This document shows positions 29,067 to 36,644 of a stretch of DNA of 64,000 nucleotides, one piece after another. The notes under the pieces were generated by a model. It was given only the letters and a program-made list of their open reading frames with translations. It was not told the origin of the DNA and did not search any database. The stretch comes from Escherichia phage momo. Position 1 is the first letter of the stretch. Each line of letters starts with the position of its first letter. Position numbers and translations under genes: made by a program. Location of the stretch: the sequence record MN850580.1, one strand, 5' to 3'.

Positions 29067-29142
29067 TGGAGAATCCGAAGGGACTCGAACCCTTATAAAC
29101 CTGTTTTGCAGACAGGCACATATCCATTTCTGTCACGGATTC
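29067..29142 (-). tRNA. tRNA-Cys (anticodon GCA)
   Basis: Hand-folded: acceptor GAAUCCG/CGGAUUC, anticodon loop CUGCAAA, T-loop UUCGAGU, CCA encoded. Confidence 0.7.
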
Positions 29143-29146
29143 AAAT

Positions 29147-29239
29147 TGGAGGAAGATACCAGACTTGAACTGGTACACCGATTTCTCAGCTACTGGCAGT
29201 TTAGCAAACTGCTCCCTTACCTTTTAGGGTTAATCTTCC
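29147..29239 (-). tRNA. tRNA-Ser (anticodon GCU), class II
   Basis: Anticodon stem GCAGU/ACUGC, loop UUGCUAA, long variable arm, T-arm ACCAG/CUGGU. Confidence 0.65.
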
Positions 29240-29240
29240 A

Positions 29241-29975
29241 TTATTTCTGTAATGCGCTCTTCATTTCTGGTGTTGCAATAGTGTCAATCACACCAGTTTT
29301 ACAAGCATCGTCAAACCAGTCTGGTAAGATACCTGCTAAGAACCCATTGATATTCGTTTTAAGGTACTCTGCAATAAGGGCAGCTTCTTCTTCAATCATC
29401 TGCACAACTTCATCTGCATAAGCTGTAATCTTTGAAATACCTTCATTAATCTTACTGACAGCTTGGTTAGCTAAATCAGAAACAGTATCAAGACCCTTAT
29501 CAATAGCATCTTGTAAGTCACTTAACACACCATTAACACTATCTAGTGTACTGTTCATCATGTCAATAGCTTTTTGACCATACTCTGTAGCAACACCCAT
29601 GATACCACTGAATGGTGTACAACCAACTTGTTCTCCTGCTGCACCCATAACATTGGAATACCCCTTTGCTACCTGCATACGTGATGAAAACTCATCAATA
29701 GATTTTTGACCGTAGTCTGTCAGAGTTTTAGTAGTTGCTGTAGTGCTTGTAAGGCTTGTTGTAAAGCTGTTTAGAAGGACTGTTGTAAGTCCAGCAGCAA
29801 CAAGTTTCTCCTTCATTGTAGGGTCTGTTACAGAACTAATAGAGCTTACAAGTGATGTAGAAGCAGCTACGGTTCCACCGAGAACTGCTGCACCAGTAAT
29901 AAGCGGGTTAGAGAACCCTTTACCAGTTTTTAAGAGATTAAAAATCTCCTTACCTTGTTCTGTCATCTCTTTCAT
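29241..29975 (-). CDS. hypothetical protein embedded in tRNA array
   Basis: Track ORF 29241..30038 uses GTG that overlaps tRNA-Phe; internal ATG at 29975 has AAGGTG RBS. Confidence 0.5.
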   Translation of the reverse strand: MKEMTEQGKEIFNLLKTGKGFSNPLITGAAVLGGTVAASTSLVSSISSVTDPTMKEKLVAAGLTTVLLNSFTTSLTSTTATTKTLTDYGQKSIDEFSSRMQVAKGYSNVMGAAGEQVGCTPFSGIMGVATEYGQKAIDMMNSTLDSVNGVLSDLQDAIDKGLDTVSDLANQAVSKINEGISKITAYADEVVQMIEEEAALIAEYLKTNINGFLAGILPDWFDDACKTGVIDTIATPEMKSALQK

Positions 29976-29991
29976 TAAGCACCTTTGAAAT

Positions 29992-30068
29992 TGGTAGTCC
30001 AGTGGGATTTGAACCCTCTTCTCATGTTTTTCAGACACGCGCTTTAACCATATAAGCTACTTGGACTA
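29992..30068 (-). tRNA. tRNA-Phe (anticodon GAA)
   Basis: Acceptor UAGUCCA/UGGACUA, anticodon stem CGUGU/ACAUG, loop CUGAAAA. Confidence 0.6.
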
Positions 30069-30073
30069 TAAAT

Positions 30074-30149
30074 TGGGGTGACCTACGGGATTTGAACCCG
30101 TATAGACCATGTTCACAGCATGGGTCATTACCGTTTATGATAAGGCCAC
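30074..30149 (-). tRNA. tRNA-His (anticodon GUG)
   Basis: Anticodon stem CCAUG/CAUGG, loop CUGUGAA, T-arm ACGGG/CCCGU. Confidence 0.7.
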
Positions 30150-30180
30150 ATTTAAGGACTCTCGCAAGAATCCTTAGAAG

Positions 30181-30256
30181 TGGCAGCGGCATAAGGATTT
30201 GAACCTTAATAGGACAGCTTCAGAGGCTGCTGCATTGCCAGTTATGCTATACCGCT
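30181..30256 (-). tRNA. tRNA-Gln (anticodon CUG)
   Basis: Acceptor AGCGGUA/UGCCGCU, D-stem GCAU/AUGC, anticodon loop CUCUGAA. Confidence 0.65.
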
Positions 30257-30261
30257 AAATT

Positions 30262-30340
30262 TGGTACTCCATATCGGATTCGAACCGATACATAACACAG
30301 ATTTTAAGTCTGGCCTCTCTGCCAATTGGAGTAATGGAGC
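30262..30340 (-). tRNA. tRNA with leucine anticodon UAA, class-I length (short variable loop)
   Basis: Acceptor GCUCCAU/AUGGAGU, T-arm AUCGG/CCGAU, anticodon loop CUUAAAA, 7-nt variable loop. Confidence 0.5.
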
Positions 30341-30341
30341 A

Positions 30342-30417
30342 TTGGCGGGGGATGTTGGAATTGAACCAACTTCTTCGATTTCAAAGACCGAGGTTTTAAC
30401 CTTGTAAACTAATCCCC
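30342..30417 (-). tRNA. tRNA-Gln (anticodon UUG)
   Basis: Anticodon stem UCGGU/AUCGA, loop CUUUGAA, T-arm GUUGG/CCAAC. Confidence 0.55.
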
Positions 30418-30426
30418 TTTAAATCT

Positions 30427-30984
30427 TTACTTTCTCAGTGGATGAATAAAGAATGCCAACATAACTCTTTCCCTTGAGAATGCTCTTTCTTCTGGGACAA
30501 CACTTTTTAGTTTCCATCCAACATAAATTCTCCAGTAAAACTGTTTACCAAAGATTTTAATTGACGGAATAAAAGCGAATAATCCCCAAGCATTGTTGTT
30601 CCACATTAGGAGATAACCTGTCTGATTATCTTCAGGGTCAGAACTTACGTTGATATTACCTTTCCACTTAGTAACATCTTTTACATCTCTTCCTAATACA
30701 TGGTAAGAGAAGTTATAAGCTTTGTTTCTCCAGAGCCATCCAACTCTCTGCATATAAACACCGAGCTTGCCAATCTTTCTAATCTTAGCCCATCTTTTAA
30801 TGTGACCTTCATCACCATCAATAGGGTTGTCATATGTCTCCATCCATCTGAATCCAAAAGGTAGATGCCCTTTCTTCTCACTATAGAATGGAACTACAAA
30901 AGGTGCTAAGATAACTGCTAAGGTTGCTGCCAATGGGTCTAACAAAGCTAGGAAAATCCATGAAGCATACTTCAAATATCTCAT
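30427..30984 (-). CDS. membrane protein embedded in tRNA array
   Basis: 185 aa, N-terminal hydrophobic segments (IFLALLDPLAATLAVILAPFVVPF). Confidence 0.5.
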   Translation of the reverse strand: MRYLKYASWIFLALLDPLAATLAVILAPFVVPFYSEKKGHLPFGFRWMETYDNPIDGDEGHIKRWAKIRKIGKLGVYMQRVGWLWRNKAYNFSYHVLGRDVKDVTKWKGNINVSSDPEDNQTGYLLMWNNNAWGLFAFIPSIKIFGKQFYWRIYVGWKLKSVVPEERAFSRERVMLAFFIHPLRK

Positions 30985-31003
30985 TTAAATAGCCTCTTTA
31001 AAT

Positions 31004-31079
31004 TGGCGCAGGATAAGGGATTCGAACCCCTATTAACAGCTTCGTAGACTGCTGCTCTATCCATTTGAACTAATCCTGC
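31004..31079 (-). tRNA. tRNA-Arg (anticodon ACG)
   Basis: Acceptor GCAGGAU/AUCCUGC, anticodon loop CUACGAA, T-loop UUCGAAU. Confidence 0.65.
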
Positions 31080-31084
31080 AAAAT

Positions 31085-31162
31085 TGGTGTTCCAAGACGG
31101 ATTCGAACCGTCACTAGTACAAGGTTTGAGCTTGCATCCTCTGCCAATTGGGATATTGGAAC
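31085..31162 (-). tRNA. tRNA with leucine anticodon CAA, class-I length
   Basis: Acceptor GUUCCAA/UUGGAAC, anticodon stem GCAAG/CUUGU, loop CUCAAAC, 6-nt variable loop. Confidence 0.5.
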
Positions 31163-31163
31163 A

Positions 31164-31238
31164 TGGTACTCACTAAAGGACTTGAACCTTTTTCTTCATC
31201 TTGTAAGGGTGATGTTTTACCATATAAACTAAGCGAGT
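31164..31238 (-). tRNA. tRNA-Val (anticodon UAC)
   Basis: Acceptor ACUCGCU/AGUGAGU, anticodon loop CUUACAA (one stem mismatch). Confidence 0.5.
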
Positions 31239-31242
31239 ATGA

Positions 31243-31328
31243 AAGAGGTCTGAAGTTGTGCCGCTAACTCAACTCCGTGGAATTTGTTACGGTCTTCAGT
31301 TGACACCAGCGGTCTTTCACTTGACCTC
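31243..31328. ncRNA. unassigned structured element in tRNA array (tRNA-like ends, no canonical T-loop)
   Basis: 7-nt terminal complementarity agaggtc/gacctct enclosing internal inverted repeats (ctgaag/cttcag, ccgt/acgg); no clean cloverleaf. Confidence 0.25.
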
Positions 31329-31333
31329 TGAAT

Positions 31334-31409
31334 TGGTGCTCCCACAAGGATTCGAACCCTGATAAGTTGCTTACAAGGCAACCGTAATAGCCAATTATAC
31401 GATAGGAGC
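31334..31409 (-). tRNA. tRNA-Thr (anticodon UGU)
   Basis: Acceptor GCUCCUA/UGGGAGC, anticodon stem GUUGC/GCAAC, loop CUUGUAA. Confidence 0.7.
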
Positions 31410-31416
31410 ATTAATT

Positions 31417-31491
31417 TGGAGCATCCAGAGGGAATCGAACCCTCAACCTCAGTTTGGAAGACTGTAATTTTCCCGTTTAAACTATGGATGC
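31417..31491 (-). tRNA. tRNA-Gly (anticodon UCC)
   Basis: Acceptor GCAUCCA/UGGAUGC, anticodon loop CUUCCAA, T-arm GAGGG/CCCUC. Confidence 0.65.
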
Positions 31492-31497
31492 ACTAAT

Positions 31498-31573
31498 TGG
31501 TGGAGTCACTGAGAATTGAACTCAGTTCCCAAGTTTGCAAAACTCGAATTTTAACCATATAAACTATGACCCC
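31498..31573 (-). tRNA. tRNA-Ala (anticodon UGC)
   Basis: Acceptor GGGGUCA/UGACUCC with G3-U70, anticodon loop UUUGCAA. Confidence 0.65.
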
Positions 31574-31579
31574 ATTGTT

Positions 31580-31655
31580 TGGTACAGGTGGAGGGAATTG
31601 AACCCATCGTCTTACTGATTAAGAGTCAGCCGCATAACCATTTTGCTACACCTGC
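31580..31655 (-). tRNA. tRNA-Lys (anticodon CUU)
   Basis: Acceptor GCAGGUG/CACCUGU, anticodon stem GCUGA/UCAGU, loop CUCUUAA; T-stem has two non-canonical pairs. Confidence 0.55.
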
Positions 31656-31662
31656 ATTAATT

Positions 31663-31740
31663 TGGTAGGAGACAAGGGATTCGAACCCTCAAACATCTCG
31701 TTCTAAGCGAGATAGGTTTACCAATTACCGTCAATCTCCC
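31663..31740 (-). tRNA. tRNA with leucine anticodon UAG, class-I length
   Basis: Clean fold: acceptor GGGAGAU/GUCUCCU, anticodon stem UCUCG/CGAGA, loop CUUAGAA, 5-nt variable loop. Confidence 0.55.
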
Positions 31741-31998
31741 ATTAAATCTTTTTAGAGAACTTCTAAGAACCTAAGCAACAAGGTTCCACAACAAGCTGTA
31801 ATAACCTTAGAAGCCCTCTAAAAAGACCTAAAAAGGTCTTTGCATAGTCTTGTTTAATCCGGTGACTAGAACCTTTGGAGAGCTTGATATTATCTCTTCT
31901 CCGTGACACCTACTAGGTGCTTTACTGTGCGTGTACGACAATACACTAGGGATACCAAAGCAACATCCGAATGAAGCTTGGCTTTAAATCTTATTAGG

Positions 31999-32086
31999 CG
32001 GTAAGTAAAGGAGTCGAACCCTCACCGTATCTCTACAGTGGCAACTGTTTTCAAGACAGTTTGGCTACCATTAGCCGCTACCTACC
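31999..32086 (-). tRNA. tRNA-Ser (anticodon UGA), class II
   Basis: Acceptor GGUAGGU/ACUUACC, anticodon stem ACUGU/ACAGU, loop CUUGAAA, about 20-nt variable arm. Confidence 0.6.
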
Positions 32087-32098
32087 CCTAATAAGACT

Positions 32099-32181
32099 TT
32101 GGCATGGGACGGAGGAGTTGAACCACTTTGAAACGGTTTTGGAGGCCGTTGCTCATGCCTTAGAGTCTTAACATCGTCCCA
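32099..32181 (-). tRNA. tRNA candidate, possibly Trp (anticodon CCA), atypical D region
   Basis: Acceptor GUGGGAC/GUCCCAU, CCA encoded, loop CUCCAAA resembling tRNA-Trp; D region about 7 nt longer than usual. Confidence 0.35.
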
Positions 32182-32325
32182 CACTATAATTCGAAGCTTA
32201 CCGTATTTTCACAACACTGTAAAGCCCCTTCTCAGATTATTTACATGTTCTGGAAAACATGAGATACAGACCACCTCCTTACACGGAGACCCGATAAGGT
32301 CGTCTAAGTAATCTGCTAACTAAAT

Positions 32326-32404
32326 TGGTCGAGGCGGCAGGACTCGAACCCGCATACTCCACTTACTCGGTTAACGGCGGTTTAGAAGACCGCTGAGATA
32401 CGCC
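32326..32404 (-). tRNA. tRNA candidate, possibly Arg (anticodon UCU), atypical
   Basis: Acceptor CGGGGCG/CGCCUCG, T-arm GCGGG/CCUGC, hairpin GCGGU-CUUCUAA-ACCGC, but D-arm not resolvable. Confidence 0.35.
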
Positions 32405-32655
32405 CCGTAATTATCTTTAAAGACTCTCTTAGAAAGCCCTTAAAGATGCCCACCTTATTAATCATACCGTGGGCTAGTACGCCAAATTCTTTGATGAGGG
32501 ATTGGAAGACCTCACTGGTGTTTAGCCTATCAAGCTACTGCCAGAAAAACATTGTCGTTTGCATTTATTTTAAATTTGCAAAATAGACGCTACGCAACGA
32601 AAACTAAGGTTACTATAAAGTAGTCGCATCTCAATGTCAACAACTTTATTGAAAT

Positions 32656-32731
32656 TGGTACTGGTAGGTGGAATCGAACCACCGATGTTCCCTTATCAGG
32701 GGAGTGTTATAACCTTCTTAACTATACCAGC
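32656..32731 (-). tRNA. tRNA-Ile (anticodon GAU)
   Basis: Acceptor GCUGGUA/UACCAGU, D-stem GUUA/UAAC, anticodon loop CUGAUAA. Confidence 0.65.
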
Positions 32732-32732
32732 T

Positions 32733-32809
32733 TGGAGGTTCAGATGGGAATCGAACCCACATTCATAGGGCTTATGAGACCCTTGCATTACCTTATCTGC
32801 GACTGAACC
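32733..32809 (-). tRNA. tRNA-Met type (anticodon CAU)
   Basis: Acceptor GGUUCAG/CUGAACC, anticodon stem AGGGU/GCCCU, loop CUCAUAA. Confidence 0.6.
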
Positions 32810-32813
32810 ATAT

Positions 32814-32889
32814 TGGTAGAAGTGGAGGGATTCGAACCCATCGCCTGTCAGATTAAAAGTCTGCCGCATCACCATTCTGCTACACTTCC
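32814..32889 (-). tRNA. tRNA-Lys (anticodon UUU)
   Basis: Acceptor GGAAGUG/CACUUCU, anticodon loop CUUUUAA; same T-stem irregularity as tRNA-Lys(CUU). Confidence 0.55.
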
Positions 32890-32896
32890 ATTAAAT

Positions 32897-33035
32897 TATC
32901 TTTGTAGATAAGCTACCCAGACTTGCTTAAGGTCTGTAGCGATGTGACTTTTTGGGTTTAAATCTAGAATTTACCCTTTCACCCTTTGTGGTCGCATACT
33001 CACAGGTAAGCTTAATAACTTATCTACAAAGATAA
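32897..33035. repeat. 17-bp perfect inverted repeat bracketing about 105 bp of non-coding sequence
   Basis: ttatctttgtagataag at 32897-32913 and reverse complement cttatctacaaagataa at 33019-33035. Confidence 0.6.
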
Positions 33036-33320
33036 TTACCAGACCGTTGTTTATCATCTTAAGTGCTACCATTACACCAACTCGACCTCTGCCGAGTGAA
33101 GGAATCGAACCTTCGCCTTTTCTTTACCGAGAAATAGATTGTTTAAGTTTTGCTGTAAACGGTCTTCTGTAAATTTGTTGAGCCAGACCAAGTTTTAAAT
33201 TTTTTCAAAATTGAATTGGCTTGAAAATATCATACATTCTTGCTGTATTTGGTCTTCTACTCCTTTAAAGAATACTCGTAAGAACTCTTTAAGGGAGGGG
33301 CTAAATAGCCCTCTCAAAAT

Positions 33321-33398
33321 TGGCGGTTACGAAGGGATTTGAACCCTCATCATCTCCCGTGACAGGGGAGTATTTTAACCAAATTAAACTACATAACC
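33321..33398 (-). tRNA. tRNA-Asp (anticodon GUC)
   Basis: Acceptor GGUUAUG/CGUAACC, anticodon stem CUCCC/GGGAG, loop CUGUCAC. Confidence 0.7.
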
Positions 33399-33403
33399 TT
33401 TAT

Positions 33404-33491
33404 TGGTGTGCCGTGTAGGAGTCGAACCTACCGAGTCTCAATGACAAGGGATTTACAGTCCCCACCGCTACCATCTACGGGATAACGACAC
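33404..33491 (-). tRNA. tRNA-Tyr (anticodon GUA), class II
   Basis: Acceptor GUGUCGU/ACGGCAC, anticodon stem GGGGA/UCCCU, loop CUGUAAA, long variable arm. Confidence 0.65.
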
Positions 33492-33499
33492 ATTTAATT

Positions 33500-33576
33500 T
33501 GGCGGTTAGTCAGGGATTCGAACCCTGTGCCATTCGCTTAACAGGCGACCGCACATACCTTATGTGCTTCCTAACC
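33500..33576 (-). tRNA. tRNA-Asn (anticodon GUU)
   Basis: D-stem GCAC/GUGC, anticodon loop CUGUUAA, T-arm CAGGG/CCCUG. Confidence 0.65.
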
Positions 33577-33654
33577 TTAATACATTGCCAGACCGTGTTT
33601 TTTCTTTTATCCGCAAAAAAGTATTTTGTTGCTGAATACGGTCTTCTGCAAAAT

Positions 33655-33731
33655 TGGAGGCGGGTGCAGGAGTCGAACCTGCCGATACCATGCTAATGAG
33701 ACATGTGAGACGCCCTTTCTCTATACCCGCA
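33655..33731 (-). tRNA. tRNA-Met type (anticodon CAU), second copy
   Basis: T-arm GCAGG/CCUGC, anticodon stem CAUGU/GCAUG, loop CUCAUUA (U at 37 unusual). Confidence 0.5.
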
Positions 33732-33822
33732 ATTCTTAATGACCAGACCAAATCTCTTCTTTGTCCGATTTACCTTCAGATGAATAAGATTAAGTTTGCT
33801 GTAATTGGTCTTCTGTCAAAAC

Positions 33823-33900
33823 TGGCGTTCCAGAAGGGATTTGAACCCTCAGATATCCACTTTGAAAGAGTGGTGACTATACCATTTTGTCTACTGGAAC
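33823..33900 (-). tRNA. tRNA-Glu (anticodon UUC)
   Basis: Acceptor GUUCCAG/CUGGAAC, anticodon stem CCACU/AGUGG, loop CUUUCAA. Confidence 0.7.
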
Positions 33901-33907
33901 ATTAATT

Positions 33908-33984
33908 TGGTCTCTGTTGGAGGACTTGAACCTCCGGCCTTACCGCCCCAAACGGAACGCTCTACCAATCTGAGCTAAACAGAG
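33908..33984 (-). tRNA. tRNA-Pro (anticodon UGG)
   Basis: Acceptor CUCUGUU/AACAGAG, D-stem GCUC/GAGC, anticodon loop UUUGGGG, T-arm GGAGG/CCUCC. Confidence 0.7.
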
Positions 33985-34102
33985 ATAAACTTTTCAAACT
34001 CTATGTAACCACTTTAACATTATTTTTTAGTGGTTGTCAAGAACTTTTTTAAAATATTTTTCAGTATCTTAGAAAAGCTCTCATTTCGTTTCTATGTAGA
34101 AC

Positions 34103-34131
34103 ATATTAAAGGGTATCAAACACATTGTCAA
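34103..34131 (-). promoter_or_regulatory. sigma70-type promoter driving the tRNA array (TTGACA-N17-TAATAT)
   Basis: Minus strand reads TTGACAatgtgtttgatacccttTAATAT; lies between vWA gene stop and first tRNA. Confidence 0.6.
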
Positions 34132-34149
34132 TACCCTTTTTAAAACTTT

Positions 34150-35565
34150 TTACCAGATATAACGGTCAATCATTACTGCTTTGAGCATTACACTGATTGG
34201 GTCAAACTTCTCACCACCAAGCAGAGCTTTTAAAGTGGCTGGAGAGAACCCTGATACCATTGCTACACCGTTATCCTTAACAGATACTTCGCAAGTACCA
34301 TTACGGTTTGCTAAGTACCAGAATACCAGTTGTGGCATCTCATATCCAGCTTTTTTGTACTTACTCTGAATTGCTTCAAAGTTTGTACGACCGTTAGCTC
34401 CATCAACCTGATTGAACTCCATATCGGAGAAGATGATAAGCTTACTTGGCATATCTTTCTGAGTCAAGTTGTTTCTTTTACCTGTTTCAAGAATGCGGTC
34501 AAAAGCTGCTTGTAAGTTAGTTGAGCCATATTCAACGTGTCGCATCACCTGACGATGACGGTTTCGTAAATCACCACTCAGTTCGATGAAGTGAGGGTTT
34601 GTTGAATAAACCATTAACTCATTCTTAAAGCAACCTGTATTGCGTTCTGCTACATACAAGGCAAGTGATACACCAATATCCAGAGCAGTAATGGAGCCAA
34701 AATTCACCCAAGACATTGAACTTGATACATCAGACATACACAAGATGTTTTCACCTTCTGCCATCCAGTTTGGTAGTGCTTTCCACTGCTCATTAGCAAC
34801 ATCTGCATTACCATACTTGACAGATTTAATCACATCGTATGGGTAAACAGCACCAGCGTTAATCTTAGTCTCACCTTTTGATAAGGACTCGATGTAAGAT
34901 TTGTAACGCTCTCCATCTTTACGGTTAAACAGTTTTTGGTAACGTGCAGCAGCAAGTGAAGGAATCTTACTGTAGTCAATCTTACCAAACTCGTTAGCAG
35001 AGATTTTTTGCTCAACTGTATCAGATAGTGCAGACAACAGTGTGCGGTACTCTTTCTCACTCAAGTTGGCAAACTTGCAGAAACGTTTTACAAACTGCTT
35101 ATGACGTGGTTTGACTCGTGGTAACCACTTAGCTGCCAAACCTGCTGTTGCAGGGTCTAGTAATGCTGCTTCTAAATGCTTGAAGGCATCTGTCTCGAAA
35201 CGAGTACCCACGAAGATTTTGAAATCATCAAAGCGACCAAGCTCTGCAATCTTATCCATAATGCGAAGAACCTGTGTAGACTCTAGAACTTTATCTTCAA
35301 TCGCTTGAAGTAAAACAGTTCGGAAAGCTTTACGCTCACCCATACCTTCTCGTACATCTCGCATATGCAGTAAAATACGAACTGCAACATCAACATCCTC
35401 ATGCAAAGCTTTGTAGAACAAGTCTGGTAAGATTTCTACATTGCTACGGCTAGAACCAGCAGCTTTGTAAAAGTCCACAAGAGCAGACATTGATGAAGTA
35501 TGGTTTACAGCACCATTTTCAGTTCGACCTGCATGAAGGTGCACATGTTTAAATAATTCGCTCAT
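34150..35565 (-). CDS. vWA (MIDAS) domain protein with N-terminal helical domain
   Basis: MIDAS-like ILCMSDVSSSMSW around residue 277 with downstream hydrophobic strands (LIIFSDMEF); about 270-aa helical N-terminal domain. Confidence 0.55.
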   Translation of the reverse strand: MSELFKHVHLHAGRTENGAVNHTSSMSALVDFYKAAGSSRSNVEILPDLFYKALHEDVDVAVRILLHMRDVREGMGERKAFRTVLLQAIEDKVLESTQVLRIMDKIAELGRFDDFKIFVGTRFETDAFKHLEAALLDPATAGLAAKWLPRVKPRHKQFVKRFCKFANLSEKEYRTLLSALSDTVEQKISANEFGKIDYSKIPSLAAARYQKLFNRKDGERYKSYIESLSKGETKINAGAVYPYDVIKSVKYGNADVANEQWKALPNWMAEGENILCMSDVSSSMSWVNFGSITALDIGVSLALYVAERNTGCFKNELMVYSTNPHFIELSGDLRNRHRQVMRHVEYGSTNLQAAFDRILETGKRNNLTQKDMPSKLIIFSDMEFNQVDGANGRTNFEAIQSKYKKAGYEMPQLVFWYLANRNGTCEVSVKDNGVAMVSGFSPATLKALLGGEKFDPISVMLKAVMIDRYIW

Positions 35566-35646
35566 ATTTTACTCTCTTCTCTCATTTGTTGTTTGATGTG
35601 ACAGACTTTAGAGCAACTTTGTAGAGTCTGTCAACACCTTTTAAAA

Positions 35647-36018
35647 TTATTTTTTGAGAGTCGCTACAGCAGAGAACGTTGGTTTGTTATCTGTCTGTTG
35701 TTGACCACCACTATCAGGAGTCTTCTTAGTGTCTGCTGCAAGTGCTTTCATCTCACCTGCTGAGTGAGTAAAGATAGTTTTACCGACCTCAATCATACTC
35801 TTGATGGTTACGTCATCTGTGTTTAACCCGAACTCTGCAAGCTTAGCAGCATCCCTTGTAACAATCGCTTCAAATAACTTTGCAGCAAACTCAGCAGAAT
35901 TGTCAATGGTCAGTTGAGCTTTTACAAGTGAGCTTTTGTTGCGAGAGCCTTTTGGTCTTCCAGATGGGTTTCCAGATTGGCCTTTTTTAAACTGGCCTTT
36001 GTTTGTTCTGTTTTTCAT
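35647..36018 (-). CDS. small basic protein (GNPxGRPKG motif)
   Basis: N-terminal KGQFKKGQSGNPSGRPKGSRNK. Confidence 0.45.
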   Translation of the reverse strand: MKNRTNKGQFKKGQSGNPSGRPKGSRNKSSLVKAQLTIDNSAEFAAKLFEAIVTRDAAKLAEFGLNTDDVTIKSMIEVGKTIFTHSAGEMKALAADTKKTPDSGGQQQTDNKPTFSAVATLKK

Positions 36019-36267
36019 TGGTATGCCTCTTATAAGACCTCTTAAAAGGCTTTTAAGATAAAAGATAGATATCCAGAAAGATATCTGTTTAAATAGCCTT
36101 TTTAGAGGAACCTTTTAAGTTATCTTCTAAGTATTTATAAGCCTACACCTTGTCAAGTACTTTGTCAACAACTTTTTTAACTTGCAATAGTTCTTGACTT
36201 GTTGTATGGATTACTGTACCATCTTACTTAAAGCTGTAGGTCTGCCTTGTTCTACAAAGGAGACTTA

Positions 36268-36429
36268 ATGAGAAAATCAAATAAACCGAAGAAAGGTAAG
36301 AATACCAATCACTGTAAGGAATCAAAAAGGGTAGAGTTAATCTACTATTCATCCTCTGAAATTGGTCTGTACCTGTTCTTTCAAAATTACAGAAGACAAG
36401 AGGATTATCTATGTGTAGTTCCCAATTAG
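36268..36429 (+). CDS. small basic protein
   Basis: ATG at 36268 preceded by AAAGGAGA RBS; track ORF begins at TTG 36247. Confidence 0.35.
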   Translation: MRKSNKPKKGKNTNHCKESKRVELIYYSSSEIGLYLFFQNYRRQEDYLCVVPN

Positions 36430-36644
36430 AAATCGCAGATATTATAGATTTATATCAAACTGCAAAGAGTCATGGCTATATAACCTCAATTGGAAAGAAT
36501 AGTCACTATGATGCTTTGACTGGAATGTATTTCAGGGCAATGGCTCAATCTAGTGAACAACACTTAATGGTTTCTTCCAGTGAGTTTACTTCGTTTCTCT
36601 ATTGCAGCAAAATTATAAATCGCAGGAGAACTGAAAAATGTTAA
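36411..36644 (+). CDS. hypothetical protein
   Basis: 77-aa ORF. Confidence 0.4.
   Translation: MCSSQLEIADIIDLYQTAKSHGYITSIGKNSHYDALTGMYFRAMAQSSEQHLMVSSSEFTSFLYCSKIINRRRTEKC

Noticed and set aside
28951-29178. 75-aa minus-strand ORF
   Set aside because: Overlaps terminator region and tRNA-Cys/tRNA-Ser; no RBS.
29976-30038. GTG-initiated N-terminal extension of ORF 29241..30038
   Set aside because: Would overlap tRNA-Phe on the same strand; a downstream ATG with a good RBS gives a non-overlapping start.
33150-33822. Recurring GAAGAC/GGTCTTC (type IIS restriction-site-like) sequences in tRNA spacers
   Set aside because: They are part of a longer conserved spacer motif, consistent with a natural processing or promoter element rather than engineered cloning sites.
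33499-33905. Three short ORFs (33499..33696 +, 33560..33751 -, 33654..33905 +)
   Set aside because: Overlap clearly folded tRNA genes (Asn, Met, Glu); coding potential is incidental.
36020-36250. Precise divergent promoters between the minus-strand and + strand blocks
   Set aside because: Several TTGACA/TTGACT-like hexamers are present but -10 elements are ambiguous, so no specific promoter was called.
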